This document shows, one piece after another, positions 28,427-39,192 of a stretch of DNA of 64,000 nucleotides; position 1 is the first letter of the stretch, and every line of letters starts with the position of its first letter. Position numbers and translations under genes: made by a program. The notes beneath the pieces were generated by a model. It did not search any database. It was not told the DNA's origin and saw only the letters and a program-made list of their open reading frames with translations. Source of the stretch: Dehalococcoidia bacterium (GTDB taxonomy: Bacteria; Chloroflexota; Dehalococcoidia; DSTF01; RBG-16-68-14); assembly GCA_040882355.1 (NCBI GenBank), contig JBBEBM010000054.1:1-64000 (forward strand), in the 5' to 3' direction.

Positions 28427-30907
28427 CTAACGGCGGGTGAACAGGCCGCCCGCGACCACGCTAGGCTCCTCGATCCGCGCATCCGCGACCGCCGTCACCG
28501 GCGAGGGCGCGCTGCCGGGCACATCGCAGGAAGCCGTCGACGCGAGGGCGAACGCCGCGAGCGGACCGCTGTTCGTCGGGCCGGCCGAAACCACCACGCG
28601 GTCTTCTGTCTGAATCTCGATGTCCGTGAGCCGGAAGCCGTTGCTGCTAGCGTGACGGAACTCGAACGTATTGGTGCCGACCACCACACCGGTAATCGGT
28701 GTGTTGACCGTGGACCAGTTGCGGTTCGCAATACCGATGTTGTTGTCCTTGGCGAGGTGCAGGTTCTGCCAGGCGCCGCCGTTCACGCGCACCTGCATCC
28801 AACCGGTGCTGTTCGTCGGGTCGTCCTTGGTCACCCAGGAGTAGACATGGCCGATGAGCCGCGGCTGGTTGTTGCTGCCGACGAAGACCTGATAGGGCTG
28901 GCTCACGCTGTTCACGGGCTGGTACATGCGATCGACCATGAGGAGCGGGAACTCGTACGCGGAGCGGGCCGCCACAACGGGCCCATCGAAGCGGACGTTG
29001 TCCCAGTGGTAGGTGAAGAACTGCGGGTCGATGCCATCCTTCGACGGGTTATACGTGTCGTGCTCCAGCTTGACCATGCCACGCGTGAAGGACAGCGGCT
29101 GTGGGAACACATCGGAGTGCGACCAGAACGTGCCGTCCGCCTTCTGGATGTCGAAGCGCCAAGCCGTCTGGCTCAGGTTGAACTTGAACGTCCGGCGGAC
29201 TTTGGGGTCGGTGAGCGCCGGGTCGTCCGGGAACGTGCCCCGGTAGTTGCCGCCGGTGAACGTGTAGATCTTCGCGTAGTTCTCGATCAGGCTCACCCTG
29301 ATTACACCGTCATGATTCGAGAACATCACGCCGCGCTTCGGCAGTTCCTCGTTTGGCCCGATGTCGATCAGCATGTCTTCTTCCGGCACGATGAAGAACT
29401 CCAGCCATGACCGGCCGAACGTGTACACGTTCGTGTCGAAGGCGACGGTGCCCATCCGCCCCTCGAAATCGAAGAGCTGGCGTGGCATCATCGTGACGGT
29501 CGCGTAGCCGGACTTGTTGGTAGTCATCATGTGGTCTTTGCAGTTGAATGCCAACTGGGGCCGGGTCTCCTGCTGGAACCCCTGGAAGTCCCAATTGACG
29601 TCGACCATGTGCAGGGCGGGCGGGGCGCCGCAGTCGCTGCCGTGGCCGGCCTCGATCGGAGGGTACGTGATGGTCCCGCCCGGGCCGATGGTCTGGCCGT
29701 CCATCGCGGGGTTGGCGTTCAGCGAGCTGATCGTCACGTCGAAACGGTCGGAATCGAACGGCTGCGGCGCCGGCGGGGTGCCCGTGAACGTGTCCAGGAA
29801 CGTCCAGACGGTCGGGTCAGGCGGCGGCGTCGGTGGCGGCGGCGGGGTCGGGGTAGGGGGTGGCAGCGGGCCATCGACGACAAGGTTGTCGAAGTTTGTG
29901 TCCCAGCCGTTCGTGCTGGCGATGGACACCGTGCTGCACGCCGTGTTCCAGCCCGTGGTAATCGTGATCATCTCGTCGGACTGCACCGCGACATTGCGAG
30001 CGGTCCCGCTGTTGCCGTTGCACTCCAACGTGAGGACGGTTGGATCGCCACCGTTGTAGGCGTCCAAGCTGACCAGCTTTCGTGGCGTGAGGAACGTGAA
30101 GCTCCCGCCGGGAACCTCCGGCCCGCTGAACCCCACGTTCTTGTTTGGGAAGCCAAATGGACCGGAGAGGAACCACGTACCGTCACTACCCCAATCGATC
30201 ACCTGATTAGGGTAGACATCGAAGAGCTGGCGGTTCGAGCCGAGGGCATCGTTGAACGTGATCGTCCAGGTCGACCCCGGCGGAAGCGGCGTCGGCGTCG
30301 GACCCTGTGGAGTAGGAGTCCGCGTAGCCGTGGGGTTAGGCGGTGGCGTGCCTGCTGAGCAGGTGTGGCCGAACTGGGCGACCGCGAATGCGATATCGCC
30401 CGTGCTGATCGCCCCGTCCGCTGGCCCCGAGTCCCAGAGGTCCGCGCCGGCTGCGGGCGCGCTGCGGTCGAAGGCGGCGTGATAGCCGGTGGCCGGCGGG
30501 GCGGACCGGGCGTTTGCGACGGATGTGGCCGATCCGTTGGTGCCCAGACGCTGCGAGACGCGGAAGATGTCAGCCACCGCAACGGCGCGGTCCCTGACGT
30601 TGGCGCCGTCCGGCGTGTCGAAGAAGTCCCAGAAACTGTTTGGGTTGCGCCGACCGCCAGCCAGCGCGTCTGATCCTAGCTCCTGGGCATCGGTGCAACC
30701 GTCGAGGTCGGTATCCGTCGCCCCCGGGCCTGCTCGGACGGACCCGCCGCCCAGAGAAAGGGCGAGCGCGGTGGCTGCCATCCCGAGGAGGGCAACGGGC
30801 AAGAGGAGAAGAGGCAGTCCTGAGCCTGGACCTATCCGCCAGATCGAGGCCATCCTGTGCACTCGTTCAACCCCCGCGCTGCTGTGTTCCGGCCCCAGGC
30901 GATCCAT
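28427..30907 (-). CDS. Secreted protein: flexitail-like domain, PT linkers, two-Cys 'NGWDTNFD' module, uncharacterised C-terminal beta-rich region
   Basis: Hydrophobic signal; DTDLDGCTDAQELG..GGRRNP..FWDFFD..YHAAFDR..QFGHTC; start uncertain (30934/30907/30853). Confidence 0.8.
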   Translation of the reverse strand: MDRLGPEHSSAGVERVHRMASIWRIGPGSGLPLLLLPVALLGMAATALALSLGGGSVRAGPGATDTDLDGCTDAQELGSDALAGGRRNPNSFWDFFDTPDGANVRDRAVAVADIFRVSQRLGTNGSATSVANARSAPPATGYHAAFDRSAPAAGADLWDSGPADGAISTGDIAFAVAQFGHTCSAGTPPPNPTATRTPTPQGPTPTPLPPGSTWTITFNDALGSNRQLFDVYPNQVIDWGSDGTWFLSGPFGFPNKNVGFSGPEVPGGSFTFLTPRKLVSLDAYNGGDPTVLTLECNGNSGTARNVAVQSDEMITITTGWNTACSTVSIASTNGWDTNFDNLVVDGPLPPPTPTPPPPPTPPPDPTVWTFLDTFTGTPPAPQPFDSDRFDVTISSLNANPAMDGQTIGPGGTITYPPIEAGHGSDCGAPPALHMVDVNWDFQGFQQETRPQLAFNCKDHMMTTNKSGYATVTMMPRQLFDFEGRMGTVAFDTNVYTFGRSWLEFFIVPEEDMLIDIGPNEELPKRGVMFSNHDGVIRVSLIENYAKIYTFTGGNYRGTFPDDPALTDPKVRRTFKFNLSQTAWRFDIQKADGTFWSHSDVFPQPLSFTRGMVKLEHDTYNPSKDGIDPQFFTYHWDNVRFDGPVVAARSAYEFPLLMVDRMYQPVNSVSQPYQVFVGSNNQPRLIGHVYSWVTKDDPTNSTGWMQVRVNGGAWQNLHLAKDNNIGIANRNWSTVNTPITGVVVGTNTFEFRHASSNGFRLTDIEIQTEDRVVVSAGPTNSGPLAAFALASTASCDVPGSAPSPVTAVADARIEEPSVVAGGLFTRR

Positions 30908-31445
30908 ACTCCGAACTCCCTTCCTCTGCACCAAGCGGTGGCGATCACGTTACGGGCAGGCTGGATCGAATCGAGGGTTCAGGAACCGCCGCCGCAGCGT
31001 CCCAAAGGAAGATTGTCCCCGAGTTCGGCAGCCTGGCGATCCGCATTCGCGGACCCATAGCTTTGCGTCCCCGCCTTGCGACGGGTTTGCCCTTATCGAT
31101 TCGCGCCGACTGGGTCTCAGGGGAGACGGGCAGGCCCGCCGCCTTCCTGAAACCAGCATGGAGGGATCACCCTCCAGTACCAAGCTCGGCAGGTCTCCCC
31201 TGAGTCTGAACACTGGCCTTGATTGTCGGCTGATCCGCATCTAGGGTCAACCGCCTCAAGGCGCGAGGAGGGGCGGCCTCGCTACTTGGCGCAGCTTCAG
31301 GCTGGAGGCGCCACGGCCCCTGACTCCTGCCTTCGATCTCCGACCCTATCCCGCCGCGTCCGGTATCGAGATTCCTGCTCGGACTTGAGACATCGGAGGC
31401 CCATCGTTCACGATGGGGAGATGAGGGTGAGATCTGTTGGCACCG

Positions 31446-32540
31446 ATGTCCAAGACGCTCCTGATCGTCTCTGCCGACGCGGCCGCTGACGCCGCCCAGG
31501 CGGAGCGCGGGGAAGCGCCTCGCCGGGATTACCACGAGCTAGCCCGGCTGCTCGACGCCGATCTGCTCGACTTCGGAGCGATCAGCCGCGGTACGGCCGG
31601 CTCCAGGCTCGCTCGGCCCCTGGGCGGCGCCGTCGCGCAGGCGCTCTTCGGCTGGCGACGCTCCGGTGCGTATCAGGCGGTCTACTCAGACGGCGAGCAC
31701 TTCGGACTCCTCCTGGGCATCCTCTTCCGGTTCCGGCGCCATCGTCCCCGCCATGTGCTCCTCGCGCATCACCTCACTCCGAAGAAGAAGCATCTCTTCG
31801 CCCGACTCGCGCGGCCGGCCATCGATGCGCTGATCGTCCACGCAGCCCTCCAACGCAGGCTGGCCATCGAGCAGCTCGGCTTCGCGCCGGCGCGGGTACA
31901 CCACCTGCCCTATCAAGCGGACCAGAACTTCTGGCGCCCTCAAGGCCTCGCCATGGCCGACCCGCCGCTGATCTGCTCGGCCGGCCTGGAGTGCCGCGAC
32001 TACGAGACGGTGATCGATGCGATCGAGGGCCTCCCTGTCGGCTTCCACATCGGCGCCGCCAGCCACTGGTCCAGCAAGCGCAATCTCCTCCAGGGACGCG
32101 CTTTGACGGCTCAAGTGCAGGTCGACAGCTACGATTACGTCGCCCTGCGCGATCTCTACGCTCGATCGCGCTTTGTGGTCGTGCCGCTCTTCGACGTCGA
32201 CTTCCAGGCTGGCATCACCCTGATGCTGGAGGCGATGGCGATGGCCAGGGCCATCGTGGTCACACGCACGCAGGCTCAGCGCGACGTCGTCGTCGGGCCG
32301 GTCTGGCAAGCCGGCGCCACGGGTTGGCCCGCTGAGGGACCGCCCCCGGAGGAGTCGAGTGGCATATACGTCGCTCCGGGCGACGTCGACGGCTGGCGCT
32401 CGGCCATCGGCTTCCTCCTGGCGCATCCTGAGGTTTGCCAAAAGCTTGGCGCGAATGGTCGCCGCGCCGTCGAAGAGCGCTTCACCGTGGAGCAGTTCGC
32501 GCAGCGCCTAGCCGCGCTCATCCAACCCGCCGACAGCTAG
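31446..32540 (+). CDS. Glycosyltransferase family 4-like
   Basis: SAG..RDY, VVVPL..AGIT..LEAMAM, V.PGD. Confidence 0.85.
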   Translation: MSKTLLIVSADAAADAAQAERGEAPRRDYHELARLLDADLLDFGAISRGTAGSRLARPLGGAVAQALFGWRRSGAYQAVYSDGEHFGLLLGILFRFRRHRPRHVLLAHHLTPKKKHLFARLARPAIDALIVHAALQRRLAIEQLGFAPARVHHLPYQADQNFWRPQGLAMADPPLICSAGLECRDYETVIDAIEGLPVGFHIGAASHWSSKRNLLQGRALTAQVQVDSYDYVALRDLYARSRFVVVPLFDVDFQAGITLMLEAMAMARAIVVTRTQAQRDVVVGPVWQAGATGWPAEGPPPEESSGIYVAPGDVDGWRSAIGFLLAHPEVCQKLGANGRRAVEERFTVEQFAQRLAALIQPADS

Positions 32541-32586
32541 CCCGCCAAGACGCCAGCCCTATCGTCGCCACCACGGTTGCGTATTC

Positions 32587-32629
32587 TCAACCTTGTTTCA
32601 ACAGGCGAGCATCTCGCGATGAGTAACAT
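32587..32629 (+). promoter_or_regulatory. TCAAC box + -10 at 21 nt
   Basis: TCAAC-N6-TCAAC-N21-TAACAT. Confidence 0.55.
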
Positions 32630-32723
32630 GATTCGCGGGTGCCTCGCCGCGCTTTGACGGCGCACGCCTGCGTCGTAGGGGAAGGCAGTACGGTGAGAAG
32701 AGCGAGGGCGCCCAGAAACGTTC

Positions 32724-33516
32724 GTGGTGATAGACAGTTGGTTGGTGCATTGGCGCCACATGATGCACGCACCCGGGTCTTCTGGGTGCTGCTCCTCACC
32801 GTCGCGCTGGTCCTGTTCGGCTCGCGACTGCTGCCCGCCGCAGGCGCAGGCCCTTGCGACGCGCCCATCGCCAACCCGATCGCCTGCGAGAACTCGAAGG
32901 CCGGCAACCCCGCCAGCGAGTGGGACATCCCGGCCCACGACATGGGCGACCCGAACATCCAGGGCTACGCGGCCACCATCAGCGTGGATCAGGGCCAGAC
33001 CGTCCAGTTCAAGGTCAAGACGCCCGCCAACAACTACCGCCTCGACATCTACCGCCTCGGCTACCACGGCGGCCTCGGCGCCCGCAAGATCGCGACGGTG
33101 CAACCTTCGGCGTCCCTCCCGCAGAGCCAGCCAGCTTGCCTGACGAACGCCGCAGTCGGGCTGGTCGACTGCGGGAACTGGGCGGTCTCCGCTTCCTGGA
33201 GCATCCCCGCCGACGCTGTCTCCGGCGTCTACATCGCCAAGTTGGTCCGGGAGGACGGCACCACCGGCGTCAGCCACATCATCTTCATCCCATCATCACG
33301 CCACGCCGCCCGGTAAGCATCAAGGCTTACAATAGCGGCGCAGCAACCACCGTGACGCTGCAGTGCGCGGGCAAGCCGGACGTACTGACGAACGTGACGT
33401 CCGGTCAGCTCGTGACGATCGCGACCGGATGGGTGGCAACCTGCGGCCAGGTCACGATCCTGTCCAGCAACGGCTGGGACACGAACTTCGATGACCTGGT
33501 GCACGATGGAGGCTAG
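32724..33516 (+). pseudogene. Internally deleted paralog of the downstream DUF4082-type surface protein
   Basis: ~32860-33288 closely matches ~33890-34327, then jumps out of frame into the last ~70 aa of a NGWDTNFD module ending VHDGG*. Confidence 0.75.
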
Positions 33517-33625
33517 CAGGCGGGCGAGCATCTCCTGAGGCGGGCGCTCGATGAGCTGCAAGCGAGACTGCCAGTCCAATCGGGGCCGTCGCCCTCGTTT
33601 CATGCTGAGAGAGGCCTGCGCATTC

Positions 33626-33668
33626 TCAACTTCGTCTCAACCTGGCTCGAAGCTAGCGCTGATATGAT
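33626..33668 (+). promoter_or_regulatory. TCAAC box + -10 at 21 nt
   Basis: TCAAC-N6-TCAAC-N21-TATGAT. Confidence 0.6.
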
Positions 33669-33709
33669 ACATGCGGGTGCCTCGCTGCGCCTCGCAAGCG
33701 CATACCCAC

Positions 33710-36700
33710 ATGGAGAGAGGCCGTATCTTGAGGACAACGAACGACCAGCACACACGTTCCAGGCAGGGCCGCGGCCTTGCCACGACGCTACCGCTTGGAA
33801 GCGGCCGCACGCGGCTATTCTGGGTCCTGCTGCTGGCAGCCGCGCTCACGTTCATCACGTTCCGTCTGATGCCGGCCGAGAGCGCCGCCCCCTGCGACGG
33901 GCCGAACGCCAACGCAATCGCGTGCGAGAACTCGAAGCCCGGCAACCCCGCCAGCGAGTGGGACATCCCCACGCACGACATGGGCGATCCGAACATCCAG
34001 GGCTACGCAGCCGACTTGAGTGTCGACCAGGGCCAGGCCGTCCAGTTCAAGGTCAAGACGCCCGCCAACAACTACCGCCTTGACATCTACCGCCTCGGCT
34101 ACTACGGCGGCCTCGGCGCCCGCAAGATCGCGACAGTTGAGCCCTCCGCGGCCCTGCCCCAGAACCAACCGGCGTGCCTCACCGATCCTTGGGTCGGGCT
34201 GGTCGACTGCGGGAACTGGGCGGTCTCCGCTTCCTGGAGCGTGCCCGCCGACGCTGTCTCCGGGGTCTACATCGCCAAGCTTGTCCGGGAGGACGGTACC
34301 ACCGGCGTCAGCCACATCATCTTCATCGTCCGCGACGACGACGGCCACTCCGACCTGCTCTTCAGGACCTCCGATACCACCTGGCAGGCCTACAACAGCT
34401 ACGGCGGCGCCAGCCTCTACCGCGACTTCGCCTTCAACCTGCCCGAACGCAGAGCGTTCAAGGTCAGCTACAACCGGCCGATCAACACCCGGTCGGACAT
34501 CGACGCGCTCGGGCAGCGGAGCTACTTCTTCAACGCGGAGTATCCGATGCTCCGCTGGCTGGAGCGCAACGGCTACAACGTCAGCTACTTCAGTGGCGTC
34601 GACACCGCCCGTTTCGGCGCGGAGATCCTCGAGCACGACGCACTCCTCTCCACCGGGCACGATGAGTACTGGTCGGGGGAGGAGCGCACCAACGTAGAGG
34701 CGGCGCGAGATGCGGGTGTCAACCTCGCCTTCTTCAGCGGCAACGAGGTGTTCTGGAAGACGCGTTGGGAAAGCAGTACGGACGGCGCGAACACGCCTTA
34801 CGATACGCTTGTGACCTACAAGGAGACCAAGGCCGGCGCCAAGGTCGACCCTAGCCCTCAGTGGACGGGCACCTGGCGCGATCCGCGATTCAGTCCGCCC
34901 TCGGACGGGGGCCGTCCCGAGAACGAGCTGACCGGGACGATCTTCACTGTCAACGGCCCGCGTGCTGACACGATGACAATCTCCGGCGAGTTCGGCGATC
35001 TACGCTTCTGGCGCAACACGGATATCGCCAATCTCCCACCGAACGCAACCTCGACGCTGACGCCGGGGGCGCTGGGCCACGAGTGGGACGAGGACCTGGA
35101 CAACGGCTTCCGGCCTGCGGGGCTGATGCGCCTCTCCGAGACGACGCTCCATTTGGGCTCGCACCTGCTGGACTACGGCGACACGTACGGCGCCGGCGAC
35201 GCAACGCACAGCCTGACGCTCTACCGGCATGCAAGCGGCGCGCTGGTGTTCGGCGCGGGCACGGTCCAATGGTCGTGGGGGCTGGACGGTACGCACGACC
35301 GCGGGCCCAGCACGCCGGACTCCCGGATGCAGCAGGCGACCGTGAATCTCTTTGCGGACATGGGTGTGCAGCCCGGCTCGCTTCAAGGCGGCCTCGTCGC
35401 CGCGTCCGCATCCACTGACGTGTCGCCGCCGACGGCGGCCATTACGTGGCCTGCCAACGGCGCCGTCATCGAGAGCGCCGGCCCGGTCACCATTACCGGT
35501 ACAGCGGCGGACGCCGGCGGCGGCATTGTGGCCGGCGTGGAGGTCTCCCTTGACGGCGGCAACACCTGGCACCCTGCTGAAGGACGCGAAGGCTGGTCGT
35601 ACACCTGGGCACCAACGATCATCGGCCAGGTCACCCTCATGACCCGCGCGGTGGACGACAGCGGTAACGTTGGGGCGCCCTCAGCCGGCCTGACCGTTCA
35701 GGTAGACCGGGCGACGATCACATTCGACGACCTCACGCTGGCGCCACGCCCGCTGGACGGCGTCTACCCCGCCGCCGTGGCCGACTGGGGCACCGGCGGC
35801 TGGTACCTGGCCGGGATCTACGGCGAGTTCGACAGCAACAGCGTTGGCTTCAACGGGTTTGGCCTGACGGACGGCACGATTTCGTTTACGACGCCTGCGC
35901 GCGTGATCAGCATTGAGGCCTACAACGGCGGCACCAGCGCGAGCACGATCACCATCTCCTGCGCCGGTAACCCCGGCGTCGCGACGATGCTCGATCCGGA
36001 CGAGCTGGAGACGATCTTCACCGATTGGACCGTCGTGTGCGACGCGGTAACGATCGAGAGTACCAACGGCTGGGACACGAACTTCGACAACATCGCCTAT
36101 GACTACGCCGGCGCGGGGTCGGACGTCACGGCGCCCGTCATCAGCGCCGTGGCCGCAGCCAACGTTGGTGCGACGAAGACGACGATCAACTGGACGACCG
36201 ACGAGCCTTCGAACTCGCAGGTTGAGTACGGCACGACGACCGCGTACAGCTCCCTGACGGCGCTGAACACACTCCCGGTCACCGGACACTCGGTGCAGCT
36301 CACGGGCCTGACACCCGGCACCCTCTACAACTTCCGGGTGAAGAGCCGCGATCCGGCAGGAAACCTGGCCGTCTCTGGCAACTTCACCTTCACCACGAGC
36401 TCCACCCCGACGTGCCCTTGCACAATCTGGGACATCTCGGTCACGCCCGCTGTGCCTTCGCACCCCGACAACCAGCCTTGGGAGCTGGGCGTGAAGTTCA
36501 CCAGCGACCTGAACGGGTATGCCACCGGCGTTCGCTTCTACAAGGGACTCTCTAATACTGGGACGCACAGCGTCAATCTCTGGTCCAGCTCAGGGACGCT
36601 GCTTGCTACAACGACTTCTTCGAACGAAACGACGTCTGGTTGGCAAGAGGCCCTCTTCCCCGCTCCGGTAGCAATAGCTGCCGGCACAACGTACATCGCG

Positions 36701-38506
36701 TCCTACCACATGGAACACGGCGGATTCTCGCTCAACGACGGGTATTTCTCGCTCGGCGGCGCGGACAGTTGGCCCTTGCATGCCCCTGCCAGCCCGGTCG
36801 CCGGAGGCAACGGCGTGTACCGCTACGGCGCAAGCGGCTTCCCGAACCAGTCCTACAATGGCTCGAACTACTGGGTGGACCCGGTCTTCCACACGCAACC
36901 GGTCGACCCCGTGCCGCCCAGCGTGACCGGTCGCTCGCCTGCGACAAGCGCGACGAACGTCAGCCCGGTGGCCAGTGTCACGGCCAGCTTTAGCGAGCCG
37001 GTTTCGTCCGCATCGATCTCCTTCCAGTTGCGGGACGACACGAACGCGCTGGTGCCGGCTGCCCTGACTTACGACGCCAGCACGCGCATCGCGACGCTCA
37101 ACCCAACAGCGCCCCTGGCAACGACGGAGACGTATACGGCGACGGTAAGCGGGGCCACAGACGCCGCCGGGAACGCGATGTCTCCGGTCTCCTGGTCGTT
37201 CTCGACGCCGACTTGCCCCTGCAGCATCTGGCCTGCCTCGACGACGCCGCAGGTTGCATCCGTCGCCGACACCAACCCTTGGGAGTTGGGCGTGAAGTTC
37301 ACGAGCGACCTGGACGGCTTCGTGACCGGCATCCGCTTCTACAAGGGGCCGGCCAACACGGGCACGCACACCGGCAGCCTCTGGAGCGCCACCGGCACGC
37401 TGCTTGCGACGGGCACGTTCGCGAATGAAACGGCCACCGGCTGGCAGCAGCTCAGCTTCACCGCTCCGGTAGCGGTCACCGCGGGCACCACCTATGTCGC
37501 CTCGTATCATCTGGACAACGGCGGGTTTGCCGTCGACGCGGCCTACTTCGCAGGAGCGCCGACCCAGGGCACGCTGCTGCGCGCGCTCTCCGACAGCGAG
37601 GCCGGAGGCAACGGCGTGTACAAGTTCGGCGCCGCGGGATTCCCGAACCAGTCGTACAATGCCAGCAACTACTGGGTGGACGTTACCTTCGACACCACGG
37701 CGCCGGACCTTCTGCCGCCCACGCTGCTCGGGCGCTCGCCCGCGTCAGATGCGACGAAGGTCGACGTGCTCTCTACCGTGACCGCGACATTCAGCGAAGA
37801 CGTTGTCCCGGGATCGATCTCCTTCGTCCTGCGCGACGGTAGCAACGCTGTCGTGCCATCGAACGTCGGTTACAACGCAGGCACGCGCACCGCGACGCTG
37901 ACACCGAACGCTGCGCTCGCGCTGTCGAACACATTCACCGCCACCCTGACGGGCGCGGCGGACCTCGCGGGTAACGTGGTGGCACCGACGTCGTGGTCGT
38001 TCTCAACGGCGACGTGTCCCTGCACGATCTGGGACAGCTCGGCGACGCCGGCTGTCGCGTCAGTTGGCGACTCGAACGCGTGGGAGATGGGCGTGAAGTT
38101 CCGCTCTCAGGCCAACGGCTACATCACGGGCATCCGGTTCTACAAGGGGCCCGGCAACACCGGCGTTCACACCGGTAACCTGTGGAGCAACGGCGGCGGG
38201 CTGCTGGCAACAGCCACGTTCAGCAACGAGACGCCAACAGGCTGGCAGCAGGTGAACTTCGCGTCGCCGGTGGCCGTCACTGCCGGGACGACGTACGTGG
38301 CATCCTATCACATGACCAACGGAGGCTTCTCCTGGAACGAGTTCTACTTCTCGGCAACAGGCCTGCTCAGCTCGCCGCTGCGCGCGCTCCGTGACGGAGA
38401 GGATGGCGGGAACGGCGTGTATCGCTTCGGTAGCAGCGGATTCCCGGACCAGAGCTACCACGCGGCGAACTACTGGGTAGACGTCGTCTTCTCACCGACG
38501 CCCTAG
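33710..38506 (+). CDS. Large secreted protein: N,N-dimethylformamidase-beta-like domain, Ig-like domains, NGWDTNFD module, FN3, three DUF4082 domains
   Basis: IACENSKPG, TWQAYN.YGG.SLY, GHDEYWS; three copies of WELGVKF..GVRFYKG..GNGVY..NYWVD; alternative start 33671. Confidence 0.88.
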   Translation: MERGRILRTTNDQHTRSRQGRGLATTLPLGSGRTRLFWVLLLAAALTFITFRLMPAESAAPCDGPNANAIACENSKPGNPASEWDIPTHDMGDPNIQGYAADLSVDQGQAVQFKVKTPANNYRLDIYRLGYYGGLGARKIATVEPSAALPQNQPACLTDPWVGLVDCGNWAVSASWSVPADAVSGVYIAKLVREDGTTGVSHIIFIVRDDDGHSDLLFRTSDTTWQAYNSYGGASLYRDFAFNLPERRAFKVSYNRPINTRSDIDALGQRSYFFNAEYPMLRWLERNGYNVSYFSGVDTARFGAEILEHDALLSTGHDEYWSGEERTNVEAARDAGVNLAFFSGNEVFWKTRWESSTDGANTPYDTLVTYKETKAGAKVDPSPQWTGTWRDPRFSPPSDGGRPENELTGTIFTVNGPRADTMTISGEFGDLRFWRNTDIANLPPNATSTLTPGALGHEWDEDLDNGFRPAGLMRLSETTLHLGSHLLDYGDTYGAGDATHSLTLYRHASGALVFGAGTVQWSWGLDGTHDRGPSTPDSRMQQATVNLFADMGVQPGSLQGGLVAASASTDVSPPTAAITWPANGAVIESAGPVTITGTAADAGGGIVAGVEVSLDGGNTWHPAEGREGWSYTWAPTIIGQVTLMTRAVDDSGNVGAPSAGLTVQVDRATITFDDLTLAPRPLDGVYPAAVADWGTGGWYLAGIYGEFDSNSVGFNGFGLTDGTISFTTPARVISIEAYNGGTSASTITISCAGNPGVATMLDPDELETIFTDWTVVCDAVTIESTNGWDTNFDNIAYDYAGAGSDVTAPVISAVAAANVGATKTTINWTTDEPSNSQVEYGTTTAYSSLTALNTLPVTGHSVQLTGLTPGTLYNFRVKSRDPAGNLAVSGNFTFTTSSTPTCPCTIWDISVTPAVPSHPDNQPWELGVKFTSDLNGYATGVRFYKGLSNTGTHSVNLWSSSGTLLATTTSSNETTSGWQEALFPAPVAIAAGTTYIASYHMEHGGFSLNDGYFSLGGADSWPLHAPASPVAGGNGVYRYGASGFPNQSYNGSNYWVDPVFHTQPVDPVPPSVTGRSPATSATNVSPVASVTASFSEPVSSASISFQLRDDTNALVPAALTYDASTRIATLNPTAPLATTETYTATVSGATDAAGNAMSPVSWSFSTPTCPCSIWPASTTPQVASVADTNPWELGVKFTSDLDGFVTGIRFYKGPANTGTHTGSLWSATGTLLATGTFANETATGWQQLSFTAPVAVTAGTTYVASYHLDNGGFAVDAAYFAGAPTQGTLLRALSDSEAGGNGVYKFGAAGFPNQSYNASNYWVDVTFDTTAPDLLPPTLLGRSPASDATKVDVLSTVTATFSEDVVPGSISFVLRDGSNAVVPSNVGYNAGTRTATLTPNAALALSNTFTATLTGAADLAGNVVAPTSWSFSTATCPCTIWDSSATPAVASVGDSNAWEMGVKFRSQANGYITGIRFYKGPGNTGVHTGNLWSNGGGLLATATFSNETPTGWQQVNFASPVAVTAGTTYVASYHMTNGGFSWNEFYFSATGLLSSPLRALRDGEDGGNGVYRFGSSGFPDQSYHAANYWVDVVFSPTP

Positions 38507-38529
38507 GCCGAACAGACCGCGATCTCTGC

Positions 38530-38566
38530 AACTGGCCCGGCTCTTGGAGCCGGGCCAGTTGGTTTT
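38530..38566 (+). terminator. Rho-independent terminator (possibly bidirectional)
   Basis: 14-bp stem AACTGGCCCGGCTC-TTG-GAGCCGGGCCAGTT followed by GGTTTT. Confidence 0.75.
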
Positions 38567-38619
38567 CGCGGCAGGTCGATACCCTGCGCCGACGGCGGCG
38601 AAGCGATCGCCGCGGCTGG

Positions 38620-39057
38620 TTACGGCGTGGGCTCCAGAACGACAACGGGGATCTGGCGATCCGTCTTGGTCTGGTACTCCGCATACGCCGGCCACGCATC
38701 GACGGCCAGCGCCCACCAGCGCTCCCGCTCATCTCCGCGCACCTCGCGGGCGCCCATCTCGTAGACGTTCGCGCCGTCCTGGAGCGTCACGGCTGGCGAG
38801 GCGACCAGGTTTAGGTACCAGACAGGATGCTTCGGAGCGCCGCCCAGCGAAGCGATGACAGCGTACATCCCATCGTGCTCGACGCGCATCAGCGGCGTCT
38901 TCCGCACCTTGCCGCTGTGCCGACCCTGCGTGGTGAGGATCACGACCGGCTTACCCATGAGTGTCCCGCCCTCGACGCCCCCAGTAGCCTCGTATAGGGC
39001 CACCTGATCGGCGACGAACTTCACAGGGCTCGGCCCGTACTCTCCCTGGTTAGGCAC
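38620..39057 (-). CDS. Deazaflavin (F420)-dependent nitroreductase family (Ddn-like)
   Basis: [43 protein letters not shown]. Confidence 0.92.
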   Translation of the reverse strand: MPNQGEYGPSPVKFVADQVALYEATGGVEGGTLMGKPVVILTTQGRHSGKVRKTPLMRVEHDGMYAVIASLGGAPKHPVWYLNLVASPAVTLQDGANVYEMGAREVRGDERERWWALAVDAWPAYAEYQTKTDRQIPVVVLEPTP

Positions 39058-39192
39058 GCGCCGATGGTACTGTGAAGCCCTACCTAGCCGCAAGCCGGTA
39101 TGGTGTCCCCAAGTGCGATTGTGTGACGCTGGCAAGGATCTACTGCGCTAATCGGCGGAACCCGTCACGCGCTGGCGGTGTATAAGGCAGAG

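Noticed and set aside
31247..31260. TCAAC-N4-TCAAG as a regulon box
   Set aside because: 9-bp period and no -10 at the expected spacing
32604..33534. 12-bp direct repeat GGCGAGCATCTC flanking the pseudogene as a target-site duplication
   Set aside because: No transposase or terminal inverted repeats; may be chance or a relic of the duplication
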